A stretch of DNA of 64,000 nt from Octopus vulgaris (taxonomy: Eukaryota): positions 114,638,001 to 114,702,000 of the forward strand of contig OX597822.1 in the NCBI GenBank assembly GCA_951406725.2, read 5' to 3'. The notes under the pieces are model-generated. The model had not been told where the DNA came from. It made no database searches and was given only the letters and a program-made list of their open reading frames with translations. Positions 53,660 to 64,000 of the stretch are shown piece by piece. Both the position numbers and the translations under genes were made by a program. Each line of letters starts with the position of its first letter. Position 1 is the stretch's first letter.

Positions 53660-53661
<2 letters not shown>

Positions 53662-53870
53662 TAGTGAGCTGGTAGAATCGTTAACACTCCGGGCAAAAAG
53701 CTTAGTGGTGTTTTGTCTGCCTTCACGTTCTGAGTTCAAATTCCATTGAGGTTGGCTTTGTCTTTCATTCTTTCGAGGTTGATGAAATAAGTACCAGTTG
53801 AACACTCTGGTTGATGGAATCTACTGGTCCCCTCCCCACAAATTTCTGCTATTGTGCCTCTTGTAGAAAA
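53660..53870 (+). mobile_element. SINE family B
   Basis: gtgagctggtagaatcgttaacactccgggc...gagttcaaattcc...aataagtaccagttg. Confidence 0.82.
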
Positions 53871-53989
53871 ATACTATTATTGTCTTGTTTTACTTCTCAG
53901 AACATTCGGTCTTGTTTGTTCTGGTAGATTCTGTGAGAGCGGACTGCCGCCTGCTGCCAGAGGTCCCATAGGGTCTCTTTGCACACATT

Positions 53990-54560
53990 ATAAGCTTTGA
54001 TACTTGGTTGTTAATTATCGTGAGAGGCATTCAACATTCAAATACCAATCTCAAATTTTGCAATTTCCTCTTTCTAGTAGTCTGTACTTTTCTATCTTTT
54101 CTAGTTCTTTGTCACTCATGCGCGCATCTCTAGGTGTTGCAATATCTGTGATCTTGATTTCCTTTCTTCCTTTATCTACCACAGCAATATCTGGTCTCCG
54201 AGTCTCGATTAAGGATTCACAATGGATTGTAAAATCCCACAGTATTTTATGTTCCTTGTTCTTGGTGACCCCTTCTGGTTTGTGTTCATACCATCTCTGT
54301 GCTCTGTTCAGGCCGTACTTTTCACATAGCCTCCAGTGGACAAACTTAGCCACGTTATCGTGCCTCCTTTTATAATGCTTTTGGGCCAGCTTCCTACACC
54401 CTCTCACAATAAGTGAGATTGTTTCATTTCTGCTACCACACATCCTACAAAGGAGCAATTCGCTATTCTTGTCTATTTAGAACTTGGTGTAATTAGTTCT
54501 CATAGTTTGTTCCTGGGCACTGCATATCAATGCCTCAGTGTATCCTTTCAGATCACTTTT
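53990..54560 (-). mobile_element. RLE-type LINE C-terminal fragment (different subfamily)
   Basis: CRMCGSRNETISLIVRGC...RRHD...ILWDF...RRPDI...KIEKY. Confidence 0.85.
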
Positions 54561-54865
54561 TCTTGAAATAGAATGCCCGTTAAAGCTCCTATGGAAAGTT
54601 TGACTCTTAGGGACAGCAAGGATTATTAGGAAGGTTCTAAGCACTTGAAAGACTGCTGAAAACCTAAGGTTACAGGTAGTAGCTAGCTATCCACATAATT
54701 CCTTCCAGGAATAAGACCGAGCCTGAGCCAAACCAAAATAATAATAATGGCAGTGAAAGACCAAGCTTTGGCCACGAACTGAAGGGTCAGCCAAAGGAAT
54801 GAGCAGCTGTCTCCGTTGTGCCGCATCTGCAATAGAGTGGATGAAACCATATCATGAACGAATGC

Positions 54866-55053
54866 CCTAGACTTGCCCCAAACCACTACGTGTTTTGGCG
54901 AGCTGTGTGTGTATATAAATATATATATATATATATATGTTTATTATCTATCTTTTATTTTCTATTTTTATTTTTTATTAGTATACTTGTAAGAAAAACT
55001 CTTTTGATATATAAGCAACCTTCTAAATCACATGTGTGTGTGTGTGTGTATAC
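54866..55053. repeat. ~185-bp direct repeat, copy 1 (copy 2 at 56378-56559)
   Basis: cctagacttgccccaaaccactacgtg...aaatcacatgtgtgtg occurs twice, near-identical. Confidence 0.92.
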
Positions 55054-55247
55054 GTGCATGCGTGCAGTGTCTTTGTGTTGGTGGATGGATTTGACAGACG
55101 GAACCTGAACCATAACCAACAATAGCAGCTGAGACTAACAGAGAAATCCCTCGCAAATTATGGCTCCATCATAATAAAGTCCCTAGACTATTCAGTAGAG
55201 TAATTAATATCTATGTAACTGGCAACAAATATTTTTGTATATATCAA

Positions 55248-55470
55248 AGTGGCAAGCTGGCAGAAACGTTAGTACGTCGGTTGAAATGCTTAGATGTATT
55301 TCGTCTGTCTTTACGTTCTGAGTTCAAATTACGCTGAGGTTGACTTTGCCTTTCATCCTTTCGGGGTGGGGGTGGGGGTCGATAAATTAAGTACCAGTTG
55401 CTTACTGGGGTTGATCTAATTGACTGGCCCCCTCCCTCAAAATTTCGGGCCTTGTGCCTAAAGTAGAAAA
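55248..55470 (+). mobile_element. SINE family B
   Basis: ggcaagctggcagaaacgttag...gagttcaaatt...gtcgataaattaagtaccag. Confidence 0.85.
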
Positions 55471-55514
55471 GAGTATTTCTGTACATTTCTAACTGATTTG
55501 CGGTTTATGTTTAG

Positions 55515-55639
55515 TATTGCGAAATGCCTGGGAGCGCTTACAGTGAGCAAGAGAACTTTTGAATGCACCAAAATGTTCAACATTTTATCAGAGGTGGTGG
55601 AAGACAAAGAAGCAGTGAGGGCCTGCCTAAATTTTGCTG
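55515..55639 (+). CDS. SDSL: SDSL-like exon 6
   Basis: atgtttag|(S)IAKCLGALTVSKRTFECTKMFNILSEVVEDKEAVRACLNFA+g|gtaaga; 125 nt, phase 2-1. Confidence 0.92.
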
Positions 55640-55719
55640 GTAAGACAATTTCCATTACTTAGTAATACTTCACTACAGCTCTGATTGACTATCTTCTTGT
55701 CTGTCTGTTTGTCCACCTC

Positions 55720-55782
<63 letters not shown>

Positions 55783-55929
55783 CTGTTCATGTTTATCTGT
55801 TTGTCTATGTAGCTAAGTCTCTGATATATTAATATATACATATATGTGTATAGATGTGGTTTGTGTATGTGTGTGTTTGTGTGTGTGTGTATGCATGTGC
55901 ATGTGTCTATGTATGTATATGTGTGTATA

Positions 55930-56153
55930 CGAGGAGGTGCTGAAAAGTTCCTGACTTTAACCCTAACCCTAACGTCGCGAGAGGCTTGGTTTGAGGCCCA
56001 AACTTTCGCGTTTTTTTTTACAAGTCTTAGAAAAACTGAAAGATTGGTGCAATAAGTGTGTGAATCTGGGAGGTGAATTTGCTAAATAAAATCATAACTG
56101 ATCCTCCTGTATTTTCTTTTACACAAAGCCAGTAAATTTTCAGCACTCCCTTG
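55930..56153. mobile_element. Tc1/mariner-derived MITE with TA target duplication
   Basis: TA|cgaggaggtgctgaaaagttcctgacttt ... aaagccagtaaattttcagcactcccttg|TA; imperfect ~29-bp TIRs. Confidence 0.8.
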
Positions 56154-56188
56154 TAGGTACATATATATATATATATATATATACCTCT

Positions 56189-56231
<43 letters not shown>

Positions 56232-56234
<3 letters not shown>

Positions 56235-56375
56235 TCATCATCATCATCGTTTAACGTCCGCTTTCCATGCTAGCATGGGTTGGACGGTTCAACTGGGGTC
56301 TGGCAAGCCCGAAGGTTGCACCAGGCCAGTCAGATCTGGCAGTGTTTCTACAGCTGGATGCCCTTCCTAACGCCC
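56232..56375 (-). mobile_element. RTE 3' tail fragment
   Basis: (CAT)n followed by cgtttaacgtccgctttccatgctagcatggg...gcccttcctaacgcc. Confidence 0.9.
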
Positions 56376-56749
56376 TTCCTAGACTTGCCCCAAACCACTA
56401 CGTGTTTTGGCGAGCTGTGTGTGTATATAAATATATATATATATATGTTTATTGTCTATCTTTTATTTTCTATTTTTATTTTTTATTAGTATACTTGTAA
56501 GAAAAACTCTTTTGATATATAAGCAACCTTCTAAATCACATGTGTGTGTGTGTGTATACACCTTTATTTTCTCTCCTTGTTTCTTTCTGTGTTCCTTTGT
56601 GTGAAAGAGCATAGGCTTGAAATGTTAAAGACTTTTTCACTTCCTGAGCGTTAAACAAATTCATCTGTTTGTTGTCTACACCACCTGTCTTCATCTTTTG
56701 TTTTTTTTTGTGAATTCTCCTTACATACATACATACATACATACATATA

Positions 56750-57962
56750 CTGGGTCATTAAGATTGAAATGTCCAATTTTCTTATGCACCAAGTTTGATA
56801 GTTCTTTGTTTTACAACATTGAAGAGTTACATCATCACTTTTCGAAATGTAATTCATGATGTCTGGTTATATCATGAGTTTTCTCTTGTAAATCAATTGT
56901 TGTGAATCCATGGATAGATAAAAAAAAATTGTGTTGTTTATGAATATGAGTTCTGTCATTGAACCAATGATTCCCAGACAGCTAGAAACATCAATGAGGT
57001 GTCTAGTGAAGGTATTGCGAATGAGCGCACTGTACGTCGATGGTGACTTTTCTCTTGAAAATCAGCCCCATGGTAGACTTGAGACCAAGGTGGATAATGA
57101 TGAGCTGGAAATTGTAGTGGAAGCGGATACATTTCACACTACGTGTGAGTTAGGAGCAAGGTTTTGATTCCAACTCTATTGGACCATCTGGAACAAATTG
57201 GCAATGTAAAGAAGCTGGACAAGTGGGTACCACACGAAGTGAATGAGCATCAAATGCTACGTCATATTGAAACTTGCTCTTCTTTGCTGTCACGGCATAG
57301 AATCAAACCATTTTTGCATCGTATTATTATGTGTGATGAAAAAAGGGATTCTTTTCAACAATAACAAGCGCTCTGCACGGTGGTTGGATTGAGACGAAGT
57401 GCCAAAACACAATGCAAAAAAAGAATATTCACCAAAAAAAGCTAACGGTGTCAGTTTGGTGGTCCAGCACTGGAGTCATCCACTACACCTTCATGATATC
57501 TGGTAAGTTAATTACAGCGGATGTATTCATCAACCAACTGGACGAAATTAAACAACCGAGATTGGTCAATAGAGACAGGCCAATTCCCGAGCAAATTAAT
57601 AATCGACCACATGTTGCATTAAGAAAGCTATTCAAGTTGCAGGAACTGAACTTGGAAGTACTCTGTCATCCACCATATTCACCGGACCTTGCACCAACTG
57701 ACATTCATGCTTTCTAGACATTAGACATTTTGTAAGAAAAAAATTTCAAATCTGAAGATTATGCAAAAACAGCTTTTTATAATTTCCCCACCTCTTGCTC
57801 TCCAGAACTCTTTGCTGCCGGCATAAATAAGCTAACGATAAAATGACAAAATTGTGTTAATAATTTAGGTGCATACTTTGATTAACTGTATTGCCTTTTG
57901 TTGAGATAAAGTAAAATATACTTTCAGTTCAAAATCAGACATTTCATTCTTAATAACCTTAG
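56750..57962 (+). mobile_element. Mariner transposon, pseudogenised (same family as 17885)
   Basis: TIRs gggtcattaagattgaaatgtccaatttt / aaaatcagacatttcattcttaataacc; WVPHEV, CDEK, HPPYSPDLAPTD. Confidence 0.93.
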
Positions 57963-58078
57963 ATATATATATATATGTATATGTATATATTATAAGCTTA
58001 AAGCTTATAAGAGATCGCTGTGCAATGACTACAGAAAATAGTCTAATATTGGGGCATATAAGTTTTCGACGAAAAAAG

Positions 58079-58141
<63 letters not shown>

Positions 58142-58149
58142 GTATCTTC

Positions 58150-61058
58150 GGATTGAAGAATGTACTCCTCAACATAGATTAGTAGTTAGCGACTTCAGGA
58201 TCAGAGCTAAATGGTTGCCCAGAAGAAGACCAGCTTGGAGGAGAAGGGTCTGGAAGCTTAAAGATCCTGCAAATGGACAGAGATTTAGAGACATACTACT
58301 CGAAGCCTTTGACGAAATAGAAGGGGATATAGCTTCACTTAATGTGGAAGACAACTGGAGATTTCTACGGGACAATCTGCTGACAGCCACTGACCTGATC
58401 TTTGGATGGAGCAAAGTACCATCTCGACCCAGAGTAACATGGTGGTGGAACACTGTGGTTGACAGGGCTATTAGACAAAAGAGACAGGCTTGGAAGGACT
58501 GGAAGAACGGTGGTAGCAGGGAATTGTATCAGACAGCCAGAAGGGAAGCTAGGAGACAGGTTTATTTAGCCAGAGGGGAAGCGGATAAGAAAAAATTTGC
58601 TAATGTTCTGAGCCATGAGGATGAAAGACTTGAGTTATTTCGTGTTGCAAGACAGTGTGTGAGAGAGAATCGTGATGTGGTAGGAGAGAAGTGTGTTCGC
58701 ATGGATGACGGTTCACTTGCGCTAAATGAGGATGCAAAGAGAGAGGTTTGGAGATGCCACTATGAAAGGTTGCTGAATAAAGAAAATGAATGGGATAAAG
58801 AGAGTCTGCCGAATGTTGACCCAACAGAGGGACCAGCTATCCGAGTTGATAGTTCTGTGGTAGCTAAGGCAATTAGAAGCATGAAGACAGGGAAAGCCCC
58901 AGGCCCATCAGGAATTACTGCAGAGATGCTCAAAATATCTGGCAGTGTCGGCTATAACCTAGTCACCCGTATAGTCAACCAGGTGATACACGAAGGAGTC
59001 ATACCCAATGACTGGTGTAGCAGCATACTAGTCAACTGCTACAAAGGTAAAGGTGATGCCCTAGATACAAATAATTACAGAGGTATCAAGCTGTTGGATC
59101 AGGTAATGAAGGTTACGGAGAGGGTCATAGCCCAACTAATTAGAGAGAGAGTTAGTTTAGATGAGATGCAGTTTGGGTTCGTGCCAGGGAAAAGCACCAC
59201 TGATGCTATACTCCTGGTAAGGCAGCTGCAGGAGAAATACCTAGCCAAAGATAAGCCCCTGTACCTGGCTTTCGTTGACATGGAGAAAGCCTTTGATAGG
59301 GTCCCCCGATCCCTCATCTGGTGGTCAATGAGGAAACTAGGGATAGATGAATGGCTGGTGAGGGCTGTGCAAGCCATGTACAGAGATGCCGTAAGTAAGG
59401 TTAGGGTTGGCAACATGTACACAGAAGAATTCAAAGTAGAGGTTGGGGTCCACCAGGGTTCAGTACTCAGCCCCCTCCTATTTATCATAGTCCTCCAGGC
59501 AATTGTGGAGGAATTCAAGACAGGTTGCCCCTGGGAGCTCCTCTATGCTGACGACCTCGCTCTAATTGCTGAGTCACTATCAGAACTGGAGGAGAAGTTC
59601 CAGGTGTGGAAGGAGGGTTTAGAATCGAGGGGCCTTAGAGTCAACCTAGCTAAAACCAAAGTACTAATAAGTAGAAAGGTAGACAATCCACAAATGTCCT
59701 CAGGAAGATGGCCCTGCTCGATCTGTAGAAAAGGTGTAGGTAGAAACTCTATAAGATGTACCCAGTGTAAGCTATGGACACATAAGAGGTGCAGCAATGT
59801 CAAAGGTAGGCTAACTGGGAAGATAGTTTTTGTATGTGGCAGATGCTCGGGAGCATTGACCTCCGAAAATCTGCAGAAAACAACTTCCGTCACTTTCCAG
59901 GGGAAAAAATTAGAAGTAGTTGATAGCTTCCATTATCTAGGTGACCAAGTCAGTAGTGGGGGTGGGTGCGCTGAGAGTGTAACTGCTAGAATAAGAATAG
60001 CTTGGGCAAAGTTTAGGGAGCTCTTACCTCTGCTGGTGACTAAAGGCCTCTCGCTCAGAGTAAAAGGCAGACTTTATGATGCATGTGTACGAACTGCCAT
60101 GCTACATGGCAGTGAAACATGGGCCGTGACTGCTGAGGACATGTATAAGTTCATGAGGAATGAAGCCAGTATGCTCCGATGGATGTGTAATGTCAGTGTA
60201 CTTACTCAACACAGCGTTAGTTCCTTGAGAGAAATGTTGTACCTAAGAAGCATCAGTTATGGTGTGCAAGAGAGACGATTGCGCTGGTATGGTCATGTGG
60301 CGAGAATGGATGAAGATAGGTGTGTGAGAAAGTGCCAATCCCTAGCAGTTGAGGGAACCGATGGAAGAGGTAGACCCAGGAAAACCTGGGTCGAGGTGGG
60401 TGAAGCACGACCTTCGAACGTTAGGTCTCACCAAGGAAATGACTAGAGACCGAGACCTATGGAAGTATGCTGTGCGTGAGAAGACCCGGCAAGACTAGTG
60501 AAGCCATAACCAGTGGCCCCTACCTGGGACGTAGTCAGTCCACCTGTGCATACCTTCCTGCTTGTGACACTTGTGAAGACCTGTTGAGGCAAGTGAAAAT
60601 CAAATCAAATCAAATCAAACCAAATCAAAATAGATGAACATCAATGGAATTTGTATCCTTGTGGTACCAGTGCCGGTGGCACATAAGAAAACCATCCAAA
60701 CGGGACCGTAGCCAGTACCGCATCGACTGGCCTCTGTGCTGTGGGCATGTAACAAACACCATCCGATCGTGGCTGTTCGCCAGCCTCGTCTGGCACCTGT
60801 GTCGGTGGCACATAAGAAAACACCGAAAAACACCATCCGAGCGTGGCCGTCTGCCAGCCTCGTCTGGCACCTGTGTCGGTGGCACATAAAATCACCCACT
60901 ACACTCTCGGAGTGGTTGGCGTTAGGAAGGGCATCCAGCTGTAGAAACACTGCCAGATCTGACTGGCCTGGTGCAGCCTTCGGGCTTGCCAGACCCCAGT
61001 TGAACCGTCCAACCCATGCTAGCATGGAAAGCGGACGTTAAACGATGATGATGATGAT
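58150..61058 (+). mobile_element. RTE LINE (PHD-bearing family), 5' truncated, in SDSL intron 6
   Basis: About 765 open codons from the APE end (QHRLVV) through RT (QGSVLSP, YADD, FHYLG); frameshift near 60400; repeat-rich 3' UTR; (GAT)n tail. Confidence 0.95.
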
Positions 61059-61744
61059 GTATATGTATTTATGTATGTAGTTGCACATGTACGTACGTAT
61101 ATATTTTTGCATGTATGTATATCCCATTAAATGTTAACCATTTGAAAACGTCCATATAATACAATGCTTCATTAGAAACAAAGAAAAGAGATGAACCTGA
61201 AGTTTATACTGAGGCCATTGAATTCGTATTAAAGAAATGATTTGATAGGCACAAGCATTCATTTATCAGCACTGATTAAAACTCTGCTACAGCTTTGTGA
61301 AAAATGATATGGTCCTTATGGAAAGCAAATTCTCTCGAATTTAAAACTACCAGGCTGACTGGGGATTAAGCTCATCCGGAAGAATAACCTCAGCAAATAT
61401 GCAATGGGATATTTGATTAGTCGATAAATAAAATTTGCTTAAAAGAAGTAATGAAATGAGTAAAATTTAGTTCCTTGTTTGCTTGGAGCTAATTATGTTG
61501 CGTACCAATACAAACTTACTTGATTTCTGCCAATTAACACCTTTTAGAAGGCGATTCTTGTGTAAACTCTTTCACTCTTTCCACCCTTTCAAGCACACGT
61601 GGTATATACATTCAGGACTGTGCTCAGTTGTTTATTTTATTTTTAAAGTCTTTTGTAAATAATCAATTATTTTGAAATGAGCAGAATAATTTCTATCATA
61701 TGTGTAACTGTGTAAAGAAATTATAAATATAAACCTATGTATGT

Positions 61745-61779
<35 letters not shown>

Positions 61780-61809
61780 CGTATGTATGTATTTATGTAT
61801 GTATGTATG

Positions 61810-62360
61810 CTTGCATCTCTCCTGATACATGGGAAGGCATAGCTATTGATCGTAGCAGGTGGAGAAGGATTGTGCACGAGGGGACAGCCACTTTTGAGAA
61901 ATCTCGAGTTGCACATGAGAAAGTAAGGAGGGATGTCAAGAAGGGCATCGCTGTTACACTTCCAGATGGGAAGGGTCTTCCTTTGATGCTGATATGCAAT
62001 GTCTGTGCAAGACCCTGCCTCAGTAAAGCTGGACTCAAGAGTCGTCTTTGTAGTCATAAAGCGAGACAGATGAGTGACAACCTGGTCACTGGTGGTGGTG
62101 TAACACACCATACTAATCATATCTGTTGGGCATGTGGAAGAGAGTGTAATTCGGCAGGGGGACATAAACGACATGCAAAGGTACATGAAGCCCAGTTACA
62201 AAAACAGCCGGCTATTACCGGTAAAGGTATTAATTGCCAGTTCTGTACAAGACATTGTAGATCTTTAGCTGGGCTAAAAAGTCACATTCAATCACAGCAC
62301 CAGTAACAGTTAAGCTTCGTGCAATGGCCATACTCGATAACGAGGGGGCAGCCATAATAA
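61810..62360 (+). mobile_element. RTE-type LINE C-terminus with three C2H2-type zinc fingers
   Basis: WEGIAIDRSRWR, then CNVC..KAGLKSRLCSH, CWAC..GHKRHAKVH, CQFC..GLKSHIQSQH; ends gcagccataataa. Confidence 0.78.
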
Positions 62361-62562
62361 CGTATGTATGTATGTATGTATGTATGTACGTATGTATGTA
62401 TGTATGTATGTATGTATGTATAATGGTGACTTATATCCATCATATCCCTAATTTGTGATCCACGGAACGTTGAATATCATGTATTTTCATTATTGCTGTT
62501 GTTGTTGATGTTGTTGTTGTTGTCCAATATGTAATGTACAATATTTTATTTTCTAACCTCAG

Positions 62563-62750
62563 AGGATGAAAAAATGATCGTAGAACCATCCTGTGGTGCC
62601 ACACTTGCTGCTGTATACAGTGGTGTTATCCAGAAACTACAACAAGAGAAGAAACTGGGAGACATAAAATCAGCTCTGGTGATAGTTTGTGGAGGCAAAA
62701 TGGTGAATTTGGAACTTCTACAGAAATGGAAACTTCAGTTTGGTTTGTGA
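62563..62750 (+). CDS. SDSL: SDSL-like exon 7 (terminal coding exon)
   Basis: ctaacctcag|(E)DEKMIVEPSCGATLAAVYSG...VIVCGGKMVNLELLQKWKLQFGL-TGA; 188 nt, phase 1. Confidence 0.94.
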
Positions 62751-62801
62751 ACATGACAGGTGTATGTTCATATATGTTTGTAGGGTTTGTAAATTTTCCT
62801 C

Positions 62802-62807
62802 AATAAA
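62802..62807 (+). promoter_or_regulatory. Candidate polyadenylation signal of the SDSL-like gene
   Basis: AATAAA about 50 nt after the stop codon; a second one at 62840. Confidence 0.5.
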
Positions 62808-63595
62808 ATGTCATCGATATATTGTAGAGATTTTTGGCTAATAAATATCTGTAGAAATTCTTCTGTTTATTGATTTGCCCTGGTGCCGTATCCTGCTCAG
62901 CTTACATAGCTGTGCTGGTGACCTTCGCCTATACTAGAACCTGGATGTTAGTGATAAAGAATTCATGGATAGCGACGATAGATTCTGAGCTGACCCACCA
63001 AAACGTTGACTCTGTACACACTGTTCTCGGCCCTGTTCTTCTAATGGTTATTATTTCAGATTCTTTTGTATATTCCTCCGAATGTCACTGTTTGCCTCCC
63101 TCAATGTGCTGCCACAGATAATGCAGAAATTAAAAATAATTATGCAGTAATAAAAAGAAATATATAAGTAAATTACTAATAAAGAATATTCTAAAATTTT
63201 CGAGAAATAAGGGGGATAACTCCTGTTACGTTTCTGTCCTCTTAAACCTTCTCAAGGAAACTTAGCTAGTAATTTATTTGGCGTCTCTGAGAAATTTCTT
63301 CATTAAAATACGCATTAGTGATTCTTTTATATCTACTTCTGGAAAAACGATGATGTTTATGGTTCGCTGAGAGGGTGCAATATGATAAATATATTATCCA
63401 AGGGTGTCTCTCTCATATTTCACATAAATAAAAGTTCGTAAATTAGGCACAAGGTTAGCAATTTCATTGGAAGATTTTGTTGGTGCCATCAAAAGGACTT
63501 GACTGGTATTTCATTTCAATTGTAATTCCAGGCAGTTTGGTTGAGCCCGAAGTTAAAAGCCTACTTTTTTACCACATGTCGCGTTACTGCGCCTA

Positions 63596-64000
<405 letters not shown>

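Noticed and set aside
58098-58150. N-terminus MYIYIYM... of the 782-aa ORF
   Set aside because: The ATG comes from the flanking TA/TG microsatellite; the LINE is 5' truncated within the endonuclease.

Overview
This is a eukaryotic chromosome end. The repeat families and microsatellite load look like a mollusc, most likely an octopus (inference). From the left: a degenerate (CCCTAA)n telomeric tract (1-1420), a ~4.1 kb purine-rich 22/23-bp satellite, and a second short telomeric tract. The rest is a repeat-dense subtelomere of R4/Dong-type RLE LINEs in (TAA)n, RTE LINEs, mariner copies and a MITE, tRNA-derived SINEs, Penelope-type remnants and microsatellites. One host gene can be fully rebuilt by hand: a PLP-dependent L-serine dehydratase (SDSL/SDS-like) with 7 coding exons on + (36680-62750, 978 nt, 325 aa); the ORF track misses it because it is spliced. 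The most notable signals are: (1) a C4HC3 PHD finger inside the RT domain of one RTE family, in two copies; (2) an intact type I hammerhead ribozyme at 27280-27342 (-), several degenerate hammerhead-like motifs, and a tRNA-head plus hammerhead chimeric element; (3) a satellite bracketed by two telomeric tracts; (4) repeated TAA-targeted Dong-like insertions with a shared 5' truncation point; and (5) nested inverted repeats around SDSL exons. Coordinates were read by eye, so repeat boundaries are approximate.
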